Shown one piece after another: positions 11,723-24,629 of a stretch of 64,000 bases of DNA; the stretch's first letter is position 1, and each line of letters starts with the position of its first letter. The translations under genes and the position numbers were made by a program. The stretch lies in assembly GCF_018977255.1 (NCBI RefSeq), contig NW_024704742.1, positions 91,638,001 to 91,702,000 of the forward strand, read 5' to 3'. This DNA is from Callorhinchus milii. Taxonomy: Eukaryota. The notes beneath the pieces were generated by a model. It saw only the letters and a program-made list of their open reading frames with translations, was not told the DNA's origin and searched no databases.

Positions 11723-13727
11723 CATCAATAACATCTCTGCTAAATATTTGTCCGCTTGTTAGGGCAACAACCTAAGCTGGGAAGGATATCCTACTTTCTC
11801 AGCATTGCCCCATGCCAGCCTTCTTTTCCAGCAGCCTCACCTTCAACTCTTTTTTGATGAGGAATACAATTGTTTCTGTTATCGACGACAATTCTCATTA
11901 CAAAGTGCCAAAAGTGCAAAATCCGAAATGCAAAAAGCAGCGGGCATTATGCTCAAAATTCGATTGCCATAATTTTTTAATCACTAAAAAAATTACTATT
12001 TCACACCTGATAAACCCAGTGACTAGGATTATGTTCATCGTATCCTGTTTGCACGCACCCTCATCAGGGAAAAAAAAATGCGAAACTCTGCAGGGTGTTC
12101 TACACATCCAGAATAAAGTAATCTGCTGTAACGTCTTTTCATGAAGCGAATGCTCCTTTAACTGAAGCACAAACATGTCGTCTGTGTGGTGAGGAGCAGA
12201 GCGGAGACTAAGTGGTGGATCACACTAATAGCTTCAAGCACCAGATTCAGGGTGCTTAGGTTCATCACATTCATCTTTACTGGAGGGATTAGGTTGGGGC
12301 CACCATGTATTTGATCTGCTGCCATAATATCTACTAAGGGAACCTCACGGTTGAATAATGTCTTCTGGCAGTAAAATATATTCCTGCTTACTGGAGGGCA
12401 ATTTGCATTCCTGTTTTAGTTATAAAAAAATAAAATAGAATAAAATCATCCCATAAAGTTGAGTGACTACAAGCCACTGCTTGCCATGATTGCTTCTTTT
12501 GAAGCAAAGTATATCAATTGTACCTGAAATGTACAACAGCTGGAGCTCTCCTAACTGGATAAAAGTCAGAGAGAATAGTTTCCTTACTTCAGAAGTGTCC
12601 TGTAGATTTAGAAGTGATGGACAGAATAATAATTACATTGCTATTATATAATAATGAAATAATTAAATGCAGGATATTGCAGTAGTATTGGGGCATTACT
12701 CGTTTTCTTTCAGAGCCATGAAGGGCATATAATTGATGAGAATACCAGGCATTAATGTAATAGTCATAAAAACCTCTTTGACCAATGTCACAAAGCATTT
12801 AGTTAGTTGTCAATGCACTTTCTTAACTCTTAATGGACCAAAAATTTACATAGGGTTTTTGCAAGGCAAATTCACAGCAATACTATTCCCCCCTGTGTAC
12901 TAACACTTGCGACAGATTACTTTTCTTTTTTTTTAATGCTTTATTATTGTGGTATTTTTGATACCGCAAAACACAAAAATTCTGTTCTTGCTAAAAATAA
13001 TAATAATATTTACTCCCTTGATATAGCACCTTTCATATCGGGAAAATGTCTCAGAAAGCTTCACAGGATATACTATAAAGTGTTGTTCCTGTGTATTTTG
13101 GAAGTAAACTTGCATTGTTCCAAAAGGTGATCTTCCATATGAAACTAGTGAACTCTCTCACAAGAAACGTATCACTGTGTCCCAGTTTAGCATCATTTGG
13201 AAGGCTGCAACTTTGCAATGTGGGACATTGGTCAAAGTCAAATCCAAATGGGGCTGTGGAATATAGGGAATATATCCCTTTTATATTCCAGGTCATGAAT
13301 AGAAAGCCAAAGAAAAAGGCAGCAGTAGGTCTAATAAAGACCACAAATGAAAAGGGTGGTGGACTGCATGTGTGCCTTGACCAAATTTATGATTATGACT
13401 GTTGTGGGGAAATCTGGAGTAATCCAGAAAGGTGAGCGGACACACAGGCCCTTAGGTACTGAACATGGAAATAACAAAAATGAGTCCAGATAGTTGGATG
13501 ATACCTGATTGATGCATTATCGCACTATGTCTAAAACGGGAATTGACAAGGAACTTTTTCCCCCATGTCAATGATCTTCACATCCGATTTGTTTCCATCT
13601 AGTTCTGTGTGAACTGATTCAATTGAGCATAAGAACTGTGGTTGTGAACTCAGGAAACTTGTAGACAAATTAAGTTAATTTAGAGGTGCATTTGACATTT
13701 ATCACTAGGAATGTACCTGGAAGTACA

Positions 13728-14190
13728 ATAACAACAACTTACAATTATATAGTGTCCTTCCCACAAGATAGGGTCTCAAACCTCTGCACAGAGTCAAGTT
13801 GGACGCTAAGCAAGTGAGAAAAGAGAGATGACCGTAGGTGCAGTCAAAGAGGTAGTATTTCAGGTGGGAATCAATGGTAAAGAGGACGAGTGAAGTGGAG
13901 GGATTGAGGCAGGATTTTTACAGAGATTTGGAGTGCTGCGGCTGAAAGCACGGCTACCGATGATGGCACGGAGGGATCAGAAAATTCGCAGCAGGCCTGT
14001 GTCTGCTGAGTGAAGCGGGCAGTGGAGTGGGGTATGAAGAGGTCAGAGAGACAGAGAGATGCAGGGTGTGAAGGGATTTGTATATGCAGGTGAGAATTTT
14101 AAAGTGGATCCACTCAGCGACAAGGAGCTAGTGGAGCCTGGTGAGGTTGAAATGAATGGTGTGAGGCAATGGTTCGAGTGAGGATTCGAG
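13728..14190 (-). mobile_element. Old L2 3' fragment
   Basis: acaacaacttacaattatatagtgtccttc followed by purine-rich L2 3' sequence (gctgaaagcacggctaccga). Confidence 0.6.
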
Positions 14191-14364
14191 TTTTGTATAC
14201 AAGAGGTGGTCCACACAAAGCTATTGTTGTTGGTGATGTCAATGAAGCAGCCGTTCTGGCGTATGGATCTTTATATTCCAACTTTTGACTGCCAATTGAA
14301 AGGACACCAGCTTTTTACTGACTTTAATTCCATTAAATAACGTAAAAATGTATCCCATGATCTG

Positions 14365-14615
14365 AGAAACAATTTGTGTTTTTAAAGCACCTTAGAGCGG
14401 TTCACAGGTAATTACTGTCAAGTGTAGTTCCTGATTTTGTAGATGTTTGTGTACAGCAAGGTTCCACCAATGACCTGAAGTGAGAAACCATTCAGGAGGA
14501 TTATTAACCAGGACACCAGGAGAAAACACTTCTGCTTTTGAATAGTCTCATTGGATAGAATGTCCATCTAAAACAGGCACCTGGGACCTTGGTCAACATC
14601 TTATTTGAAGGATGG
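14365..14615 (-). mobile_element. Degraded DeuSINE
   Basis: ccaggacaccaggagaaaac...gaatagt...gggaccttgg...gaaggatgg. Confidence 0.55.
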
Positions 14616-15791
14616 AGGAATAAAAGTAAGTTCAGTTTTATTCAATACATCCCTATAGTGTGGAATGATTGATATCAAACTTTGTCTCGGCTCAGTTTAC
14701 ATTGTAACAACGAATTCTATTTTTGGTGGCCTCTTACGAGGTTGACTTTGTGATTGATTCAAACCTGTTTGCAGAGCAGAAGCTCACACCTCCATGGTAC
14801 ACATTTACTTTGGCTCTACAGCGCAGCAAGCTGCAGTTTATCTCCTGTAAACAGGCCAAGCCACCCTGGAGTAAGTGTCTCATCACAGGGCGCCTTGCGG
14901 TACCCAGCTGTTGACTGATGTTTCACAGAGGCTACCTTGTTGACAATAGTGGAAGTCAATAGGAAGGACTATTTTGCATGTAGTCATGTGGTTGAATCGA
15001 TATGAAGCAGCGCTGTTTCCAGATTCAATGGAGCATAAGAGTTGCTAAGGTTGTAGGTCAAGTCATCTGACTGCACAGGAGCTGAATTTACCTCCAAACT
15101 TTGAACTTTTGAAGTTTGGGGCTGTTCCTTTTGCGTTCTTGTAAAATTTTTGGTGATTTAAAAAAAATTAACTGATAATAATTCCCAGGATTCTATTCGG
15201 TAAAAAAAGTAAAAAAGATGAAAGGAGAAAATTTCATTCAGTTCCTTAATCATTGTGGGAGACAATAGGTCTAGTTTTAATCTAGTTTTATTCTAGAATT
15301 ACATTTCAGAGCGTCCAGAATTGTTGAATTCAGTCTTAACACAAAGTTGTTTTTCTGTAGTTGTTAAAAAGAAACTTAAGAGTCACCTAGCTTCAAAATT
15401 ATAAGTGTATCTAAGAATTTGCAAAATAGAGAAAATCTAGACCTTGGTGGAATTTCTCCATCCCACCTCTCCCCACTCAAAAATGTTTTGGTAGTTTTTC
15501 CATTAGACCTTAGATGTGCGGAATAAGAAATGGATAGTTTTATTATTTCAAGGGGTGGTATGATAACTATTGCTGTTGAAAGAGCTTGTAAATATTTATT
15601 CTGATATAGATCTAAAACGTGGTGATGGGTTTACAAATCTGAGACACAAATAGGAACTCCTTCTGGTAACTGTTATGTCATATAGATCTGCTGCAGAAAC
15701 ACAGGAACTCTGCTTCAAAGTCATTTTTCTTCCATAGTAGAATTTCTGTATGATATATTTCCAGTTACCAGGAGGAAATTCATTCACGATT

Positions 15792-16305
15792 TGACTGGCC
15801 TGGCTCAGCGGTAACACTCTTGCCTCTGAGTCAGAAGGTTGTGCTGTCAAGCCCCACTTCGGGACTTAGAATCACATAGTCTAAACTGACACTCAAATGC
15901 AGTGCTTGGGATGTGCTGCATTGTCTGAGGTGCCATCCTTCGGTTGAGATGTTAAACCGAGGTCCCATCTACCTGTTCAGGTGGATTTTAAAGATCCCAC
16001 GACATTATTCAAAAAGAGAAGGGAGTTTCTCCCAGTACCCTGGCCAACAAATCCCCCAAATAAAATTGCTTGCTCATTCCGTAACTGTGTGTGGGACACT
16101 GCTGCCACATTTCGCTCACAAAATACACAGTCAATCCACTTTACAGTATAACCTGTGAAGCACTTTGAGACTCTCAATGATGTGAAAGGCGCTACATCAA
16201 ATGCAAGGATAATTAATGAATATTATTATATCTTGTGAAGAACTTTGAGACATTTCAATAATATGAGAAGACGCTTATATCAAATGCAAGGATTATTATT
16301 ATTTA
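15792..16305 (+). mobile_element. DeuSINE near full length plus a second tail copy (16232-16305)
   Basis: ggcctggctcagcggtaacactcttgcctctgagtcagaagg; gagatgttaaaccgaggtcccatct; two ...atcaaatgcaaggat tails. Confidence 0.88.
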
Positions 16306-16574
16306 TTAATAAAAATCAAGACCCAGGCAACCTGTGGAACCAAACCGTATAGTGAATGATCACCTTCAGAAGAGAATGGCAGAAAGTTAAACAACAATTT
16401 AAAATGAAAGGGTGACATTTGAAGTCTGTGAAATGTGAATCAGCACATTGCTGAAAAACTCCAGCCAGGCGATGCCATAATTTATCAGACTGTATAAATA
16501 ACTGTAAAATGTTGCATTGGACAGCCAGGTCGGATTATTTTTCAACTGTTTATTAATTTACACAACCCAAATTT

Positions 16575-17325
16575 GGGATTGAGGAGGGTGGAGAGCGGGG
16601 GGGGAAAGGAGGGTGATCGAAAGCATAATCAAAGAGGAGGTCCTTGAGAAGGAGGTAAGGAATGGGGCGAGGTGGAGGGATGTGGGTTGGAGTTCCAGAA
16701 GGTGGGGGCAGAGTTGCTGAAGGCCCGCCCGCCCGCCAATGGTGGGGCGGATGAAGTGGGGGACGTGGAGCAGGCTGGAGCCTGTTAAGCGGAGGGTGCT
16801 GCCAGGTTGGTAGGGGGTTAGGAAGTTGTAGAGGTAGGGGGGAACAAGACCATGGAGAGCTTTGAAGGTGAGGACCAGGATCTTGAACTGTATCCTCTGT
16901 GTGATGGGAAGCCAGTGGAGTTGGGTGAGGATGGGGGTGATAGGGTCATGGAGCTGGTACGGAAGAGGACATGGGCTGCAGAGTTCTGGATGATCTGCAG
17001 CCTACGGAGGGAGGAGTTGGGGAGACTGACAAGCAAGGAGTGGGCATAGTCAAGCATCAATGTTATTAATACGTATATGAGGTTTTTGGCCTGCGATGTG
17101 AGACAATAGTGGAACTGGGCGATGTTGCGGAGGTAAGGAAAGGCAGAGCGGGTCATGGCATGGATGTGGGGTAGAAAAGATAGTTGAGGGTCAAACAAGA
17201 TGCCAAGGTTCCGGACAGGCACTGTGAGGAGCAGTGTGCATCCTTAAATGATGATGTTATCAGCGCCTGAGGTGTGGCGGCACTGACGGATGCCAATCAG
17301 GAAGGCCTCGGTCTTGTTGACATTG
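16575..17325 (-). mobile_element. L2 LINE ORF2 C-terminus, decayed
   Basis: ORF 16818-17222 VRNLGILFDPQLSFLPHI...LDYAHSLLVSLP...LQIIQNSAA. Confidence 0.9.
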
Positions 17326-17510
17326 CCCGAAAGGGTGGTGGAAGCAGATTTAATAATAACTTTCAAAAGGGAATTGGATATATACTTGAAAAGAAAACAT
17401 TTGCAAGTCTATGGGGAAAGAGCAAGGGATTGGGACTAATTGGATAGTTCTTAAAGAGCTGGCACAGGCATGATGGGCCAAAGGCGTCTTTATGTACCGT
17501 AAGATTCTAA
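17326..17510 (+). mobile_element. CR1 3' end
   Basis: gtggtggaagcaga...ttcaaaagggaattggata...gatgggccaaa. Confidence 0.8.
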
Positions 17511-19203
17511 GCTTTTAAGCTTGCAATTTTTTAACCAACATTTTGTTCCTTCAATCTGAACTTTTGCGTGACTTGGCAACCAAGTGTTGAATTGATTTTC
17601 TTTTTCCATGTGCTTTTTTTCCCCACCTCCTTTCTTTCCTTCAAGGCCTTTTAGTGCTTGTTCATACACCCACGCTTGCCGCAGGGGGAGTGGGGAGGGA
17701 ACTGGCACATAATGATTCTGCAGACACTCGATTTTCCATTCTTCAATGCCAGAACTGCTTGAGGGGGAATAGAGCTGGGCACAAAAGCGGAAACCAATTT
17801 TCTCCGAAACAGAATGCCTCACCTGCAAGCATCACCACTCCACAAAACTGCTATTTCGAACAGTCGATCTGATATTTGGGGCTGTGAAAATGAGCACATG
17901 CTGCTGCTAGAAGTACCTTTTGGCCTGAGGATGAAATGTCTGTCTTTTCCTCACCAGAATTTCAGCACTGTGTTCACCACGTCTATGTGCGTGTGTGTGT
18001 GGATTCTCCGCTTCATTGCCAACCTAAACTCAAGCTTTGCAGAGAGGGACTGATGATAGGCTGTCAGCAAGATTATACTTCAAAGGTAGCTGCCCGATAT
18101 AATTAAAGACTTCATTGACAGGCTTTTGATGAATTCCTACCATAAAATTAAATTTGTCGAATTAGCCGGTGCTTTGTAATGAGAGTTATGTCATATTCTT
18201 TACATATTACACAACCTCTGCTTTCATTGAGAAGATTAAGCAATTCAGATGTCCATACCGAACACTTAACACTATTAGCTGGCAACATCCTGGCTAATGT
18301 TTGCATAAAAGAAGGCTAGGATATCAGCATAGCATCAGCAAAAAGCAGCCACTGCCAAGTCTAAGTGACGTTGGGTTGATTTCATAAGCACTGTAATTAG
18401 ATGAGGCGGATGGGAAGTAAAGCAATGACTATAAAAGGAGCTAGGAGTGAACAACTTCCTGAAAAAGATACACCCCATGAATGCTTGTGAGGGATTGGTC
18501 CTTAATTTACAATAGCTTTCATTTAGCGGTGGTAAACTCAGTCCTCATAACATTATTAATGCACATAATGTTATCACTGTGTTTATTTAAACAGCTTAGT
18601 CGCAACCGGATAACATTGTAAAACAATCAAGGTGCAGAAAAGGCTTATCAGACATCTATAAGGTCCGTATGTAGCAGTGCCCACGAATGCGATCTGCTCC
18701 TCCCAGACCTCTTGAGTAAAATTGTGCTTTATTACTGTAATTCTTTTAAAAGAAACAATTTATGGAGTGGGAACCACCTAGACTACCAATGAGTCTTAGT
18801 AGAAGTAAAAATATTAAGGAATATAGAGAAAGAGCTGGAAAGTGGGATTAATAAAAGTTGCAACTTTTTCTTCTTTGCAAAAAGTGGTTTGGCTTCAATT
18901 GACTATAGGTCCTCCTGTGCTCAAGGTTTTTAACTTTATATACTGACTTTATTCTTTATATTTGTACTACACTGACTTGCAATGCACCATGGTATGAAGC
19001 TTCAAGTATCTACTTGCTGCCTTTTAAGTACACCTGAAGGCAGTGTTCCAATCACCTGTGAATACTTACAAGTAAATGCTTGAGCAACTTCAGTTTACAC
19101 AATCTCCAATAAATGAGCATTGAATCACATGGTGAGGCCAAAACCTTATCCAGTAAAGAAATATTGAGGTTCAACTCTTGTGCTTTTTGTTATTTGGTCA
19201 GCC

Positions 19204-19597
19204 AGGTGTCTGACATGCGGAAACCCTTCACCTCACTTAAGAGTATTCAAACCGAGCTGAGAATTCCATGCATCCCACCTACCAATGGGAATCCCAGAGA
19301 TAAATTGTTGGAATGGAATGTGCACTCTCTCTCTGGAGAGATGCATCCTGCTTACCTAATTCTAGAAAGTATTAGGCACAGGTTGACAAGAGCCAAGGCT
19401 TGGGGATCCTAGAGGGTGCGTTGGGGTCCTGCTGAATTCTAATCATCTAAAACCTCACAGCTTGACGTTGATATTGCTGTCTGGCAAGCTTTCCCATTGC
19501 TTGTCCGCCTAGGACCTTCTAACGGTTAGGGCTTTGGCTTGCAGGGTTAACAGAAGCTGAATGGGAGGATTTCTTGCCCCAGTGACTGGTCTGCCCA
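19204..19597 (+). repeat. Repeat family X, copy 3
   Basis: High similarity to 21197-21502, e.g. ttgatattgctgtctggcaagctttccc. Confidence 0.85.
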
Positions 19598-19826
19598 GGA
19601 TAGCAGGAAAAACTTCTCTTTTCAAATAGTGCCATGGGAAATTTTAACTTCCACCTGAACAGGGAGACAGGCCTCGGTTTAACATCTCATTTGAAAGAAA
19701 GCACCTCCAACAATGCAGTGTTCCCCCAAATACCTCAGTGTCAGCCTAGAGTATATGAATTCAATGTCCCGACATAGGGCTTGAACCCAGTCTTCTAACT
19801 CAAAAGCAAGAGTGCTACCAACTGAG
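19595..19826 (-). mobile_element. DeuSINE 5' half
   Basis: aatagtgccatggg...cctcggtttaacatctcat...agagtgctaccaactgag. Confidence 0.8.
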
Positions 19827-20811
19827 ATATCCGATTACACCAACCTGGCTGAAACTGAAAAGCTGATACTAAAATGGTACTTGATTGCTTTTTGTATGGT
19901 GTGCAGTCTTTGAGTTTATTAGTGGCATCTTATGTATGTGCCCATTTGTCCCAGAATCTATTATTATTTTGATACTGTGTTGAATGTGATGGTTTCAATC
20001 AAGAGTTTGCCATAGGTTACCGAGCATATCAGAGGCAACTCAGAGAAAATGAGGATGACCCCTAGTGTAAGATGGATCAAGTAGAAGGAATTACTTGGTT
20101 AGGTAGGTATCTACAGTCTTGATAGGAAATGTCTGGGGTGGGTTTGGGGGCTGGATGGGAGGTGGTGGTTGAGGTGGTTCTCTGAATCGCTCTTGAATGT
20201 TTCCTCCAGGTTTTTGAGAATTCCTTGTTATTTCTGCCATTTTTTCCAACAGTTAAGTGACGAATATTCAGGGAGATGTTCATTTATGAAAAAATAAATA
20301 ACTTGTGCTTGCAGAGGATATCTTGCAAAGTCACTGTCATCAGTCAAATAAGAGCAATGGTTCACAGAGAATAAAGAACCAACAGTGGAGCAGATGACTG
20401 TTGTTGCATTCTGTGGGCTAGTAAAAGCCACTTAAAAAGCTCATATGACAGTCACAGGGAGTTTTCTTTGACACTGAGCCATTTTTCATCTGAGAAACAT
20501 TCATATTTGATCATTTTGTAACAAAAGCGCTTTCTTCCCTGAATGCTATTGCGATCACTAACCCCCTATATTAGGGATGCCCATTTAAAGAAACGTGGTT
20601 ACTGCTAAGTGTGTGAGTGTTAACTTTTATTTGGTATGTTTAACAGAGTAAGATTCTTATAGTTCCTATTTTTCTTTCAATGCAATCTGCCAGAGAGCAG
20701 CACCATGTTTACAGCTGCAATTCTCTCTGGTTCCCTTTGGGGAGATGCCCAGTATCTGGCTGCTGTACACTGTCAAAGGGGCACACCCACAGTACCAGCA
20801 AATCCTCTACA

Positions 20812-21076
20812 AATCCCCGAGTCCTCCGCTCCACCCTTGGCGGCCGTGCCTTTAGCCACTATGCTCCGAGGCTCTGGAACTCCCTTCCTCACTCAACTTC
20901 GCCTCGCTCCCTCCCTTCCTATTTCTGGTCTCTGCTAAAGACCTTTCTTTTCGACTGCGCCTTTGGTCACCTTCCCCCCCGTCCCCCTGGCTCGGTCCCG
21001 GGGTCCGTTACTGTGAAGCACTCTGAGACGCCGTCCGGCGTGGAGGGTGCTATATAAATCCAAGTTGTTGTTGTTA
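20812..21076 (+). mobile_element. L2 3' end (CpG-rich, relatively young)
   Basis: LGGRAFSHYAPRLWNSLP...LKTFLFD; tail gagggtgctatataaatccaagttgttgttgtt. Confidence 0.88.
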
Positions 21077-21196
21077 CATACATCTCCAGCTTTCACTCTA
21101 TCATTCCTATTTTTGGGGGTCAGCTGGGTAGCGCTCTGGGACTCTACCATGCAAGAGGGGCACTATATAAATGCAAGTTGTTGTTATTGTTGTTGT

Positions 21197-21502
21197 TATA
21201 TCTGACACAGGCGGAAACGCATCACTTGCTCAAGAGTATCCAAACCAAACTGAGAATTCACAACTATGCATGGAAATTCCAGAGACAGATTGTTATAATG
21301 TAATGTACACTCTCTCCCTGGAGGGGCGATTCCTGCTTACCTAATTCCGCAAAGTATTAGGTGCAAGTTGGCAGGAGCCAAGCCTTGGGGACCCTAGAGT
21401 GAGCATTGGGGCTATTGCTGGAGTCTAACCAGCTAAAACCGCAAAGTTTACCATTGATATTGCTGTCTGGCAAGCTTTCCCGCTGCTTGTCCCCCTAGAA
21501 CC
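21197..21502 (+). repeat. Repeat family X, copy 4
   Basis: tctgacacaggcggaaac...cctgcttacctaattc...gatattgctgtctggcaagctttcccgctgcttgtcc. Confidence 0.85.
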
Positions 21503-21621
21503 ACCCTAACTTCTACTGGTTAAATGTATGCATGAGCGAGAAGGGAATAGAGGGGTGTTCAGAAAGCTATAAAACCTATTAGGGTAGAGGCTCATGTGGA
21601 GTATAAACTCATGGCTCAGTT

Positions 21622-21982
21622 GGAGTCCTGTAGCTCAGTGGTTAGAGAACTTGCCTCTGAGTTCAATTCCCGATAGGATGAAATGTTGGGCAAGTTTCCT
21701 TACTCTACATGCCTCTGTTTACCTAGCAGTAAGTAGGAACCCGGTTGTTAGTCGATTGGTGGATCGCTTGTCTGGGGGTAATAATTCCTTCAAAAAAATA
21801 TTAGTAATAAAATTGGTCATTCAATCCATAACTGTTTGTGGGACACTGCTGTGCGAAACTGGCTGGTGCATTTCGCCCACGAAATATACAGTCAATTCAT
21901 TTTACAGTATATTCCGTGAAGCACTTTGAGATTTCTCGATATAAGGCTCTATATCAAATGCAAGGATTATTATTTATTATTA
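21622..21982 (+). mobile_element. SINE-A long form
   Basis: ggagtcctgtagctcagtggttagag...; central domain; caaatgcaaggattattat tail. Confidence 0.9.
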
Positions 21983-21989
21983 TATTTAT

Positions 21990-22289
21990 ATAATAATAAT
22001 CCTTGCATTTGATATAGCGCTTTTCACGTCTTCTTGATGTCTCAAAGCACTTCACGGAATAGACTGTAAAGTGAATTGACCATATATTTGTGGGCGAAAC
22101 GCGGCAGCCAATTGCGCTCAGCAGTGTCCCACAAACAGTCGTGGATTGAAAATGACCTATTTTTTTTTGAGGGATTATTATTAGGCGTGTGGAGTAAGGA
22201 CACTTGCCCAAGGTTTCGCCCTGCCTGGAAGTGAACCCAGGTGTCACGTTTGCAAAACGAGTGCTCTAACCACTGAGTTACAGGACTCC
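21990..22289 (-). mobile_element. SINE-A short form, full length
   Basis: Ends ctctaaccactgagttacaggactcc; deletion junction gggattattattaggcgtgtgg. Confidence 0.9.
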
Positions 22290-22836
22290 ACAAACTCCAC
22301 AAAGTTTATTTATAAACTCCGGCATGGACTAATTGGGCTCAATGGCCTGTTTTGGTGCTGCTAATTGGATATAGTTGCCATCTATATTTGAAACCATAGG
22401 AACAACGCTCGGACCAGAACACTCAGTTTGATTTGGATCCTCCTAATCATAGTGATGGGTTTCCCTACGTGCCAGACACCCAACTGACCCCCAAAAATTA
22501 GATGTAGTTGACAACTACGTTTGAAACCATGGAAACAAAACTTTATTTGGGATTTAAAATCATTCTTAAGCTTCATAATTAGTAGAGCTTGCTTCGTCCT
22601 GGGTGGGGAGGCACAATTTCGCTAGTGAGATTTTTATGTCATACGTCAGCTTTTTAAATTTGGAGAATAAAATTGTGGCTTTGTATTGTCTCTAGGTGTG
22701 TCCATTATCCACAGGGAAGTAGAGACCAATTTGTATGGTTCTATCTAATACCTGAAAGGCTCTTGCAATTCCTTTTGTGGGTGAGCTCCAGATCTTGGTT
22801 ATGCCAGTGAGCATAGATAATAATAATTATCCTTGT

Positions 22837-23228
22837 GGAGCCCTGTAGCTTAGTGGTTAAAGCACTCAGTTCGCAAGCAAGAGGACCTTGGTTTTTTGAT
22901 GGGTTCGATACCCGGCAGGGCGAAATGTTAGCCACGTTTCCTTACTCCACACGCTTCTGTTTATCTAGCAGTAAATAGGAACCTGGTTGTTAGTTGATTG
23001 GCATTCTGGAGGTAATAACTCCTTCAAAAATAATAATAATAAATTGGTCACTTCAATCCACAACTATTTGTGGGACACTGCTGTATGCAATTGGCTGCTG
23101 TATTTAGCCCACAAATATACAATCAATTCACTTTACAGTATATTCTGTGAAGCACTTTGAGTCGTCTCGAAGACGTGATAAGGTGCTATATCAAATGCAT
23201 GGATTATTATTGTTATTATTATTATTAT
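22837..23228 (+). mobile_element. SINE-A long form
   Basis: ggagccctgtagcttagtggttaaagcactc; complete body and (ATT)n tail. Confidence 0.9.
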
Positions 23229-23570
23229 TCCCGGGCAGGGTGAAATGTTGTCAAGTTTTCTTAGTCCACACGCCTCTATTTACCCAGCAGTAAGTAGGAA
23301 CCCGGTTGTCAATTGGCGGATCACTTTTTCGGGAGTAATAATTCCTTAAAAAAAATTTGGTCAATCAATCAATCATCGACTGTTTGAGGGACATTGCTGT
23401 GTGCAATTCGATTCCATGTTTCGCTCACAAAATACACAGTCAATTCACTTTACAGTATATTCTGTGAAGCGCTTTGAGACGTCCCGAAGACGTGATAAGG
23501 CGCTATATCAAATGCAAGGATTATTATTATTATTATAATATCAAATGCAAGGGTTATTATTTATTATTAT
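23229..23570 (+). mobile_element. SINE-A long form, 5'-truncated, with duplicated tail
   Basis: Starts tcccgggcagggtgaaa directly after the previous tail; atatcaaatgcaagg occurs twice. Confidence 0.88.
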
Positions 23571-23650
23571 TGCATTTGATATAGAGCCTTATCACGTTGT
23601 TGAGACGTATCAAAGTGCTTCACAGAAAATACTGTAAAGTGAATTGACTA
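23571..23650 (-). mobile_element. Antisense SINE 3' fragment (host of the two SINEs above; remainder at 22817-22835)
   Basis: ataataataattatccttg (22817-22835) joins tgcatttgatatagagccttatcacg (23571 onward) to rebuild the reverse-complement tail. Confidence 0.75.
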
Positions 23651-24629
23651 AGTGCCAGGAACTTCACCACATAGAGGGTTGGTGTGTTGGATATCAAGCC
23701 ACCTGGTACCAGATTAGTGTCGAGTATCAAGAGTATCGCTATAATAAAATTAAAATTTGATTTAGTGTTTATTATTGCCAATATCTCAAAGGTAGTTCTC
23801 GTGAAGTGTATGATTGTATTTGCAGATGGACATCGCCATCAATTTGCACAAAGCCCGGTCCCTCATATGGCAAAACAATCAACTTTTATCCGTAAATTTG
23901 TTGGCCAGGACGCCCAGGAGAATTTTCTCTTTTGAATAGTGTCTTGGGTTTGTATTGTAGTGACATCTTTAACAACTATTTAAATATACAAATGGAACCT
24001 CAAATGTCTCATCCAAAGGATTGTTTCTCCAGCAATGCAGTGCCTTCCCACTCCTGGCACTGGAGCTCGGTGAACTTAAAACAACAACAACAACTTGCAC
24101 GCATATAGTGCCCTTCACGCGGGCTAGCATCCCAGAGGGCTTGAAGCGTCAATTTGACTTCTTGTCCTTTAAAACAAGAACTAGTTGCAACAATTTCTAA
24201 GCCATTTTAGTGCCAGTCAGCAGTGTCAAACTTTGAGGCGTCCTCCTCAGTGCAAATGCTGTGGTGTTGTAGTAAATGTTTCACAGCATCCTTAACGTAA
24301 CTGCTGCTTATCCTCTGTTGTGATATGTTAAATCAAGATCCTGCTTGTCTGTTTTCAAGTGGACTATAAAAATTCCACAGTATTATTCAGTAAGAAAAGT
24401 AGTTCTCTCCCTTTATCCTGGCCAACAATTCAGCAGATTAATTGGCCACTTACTGCTTGGCTGTTTATGGGCCATTGCTAGTGCAAATATTACCTTGTTT
24501 ACTTACAAAAACAAATCACTATACTTGACTATAACTACCCGCGAAACGCTTTTAGAGACATTTTTTTACAAAATGTTATAAATTCCAAATTCTTTCTTTC
24601 TACTGTTGTGAGGAAGGCCCTTTTGTCAC

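Larger units (their letters stand above)
21535..22375 (+). mobile_element. CR1 3' UTR split by two SINE insertions
   Basis: gaagggaatagagg...tgtggagtataaactc before 21611; tataaactccggcatggactaattgggctcaatggcctgtt after 22310. Confidence 0.7.

Noticed and set aside
14984..15070. Minus-strand terminal exon candidate (SDDLTYNLSNSY...)
   Set aside because: Short, unrecognised peptide with a weak polypyrimidine tract and no partner exons.
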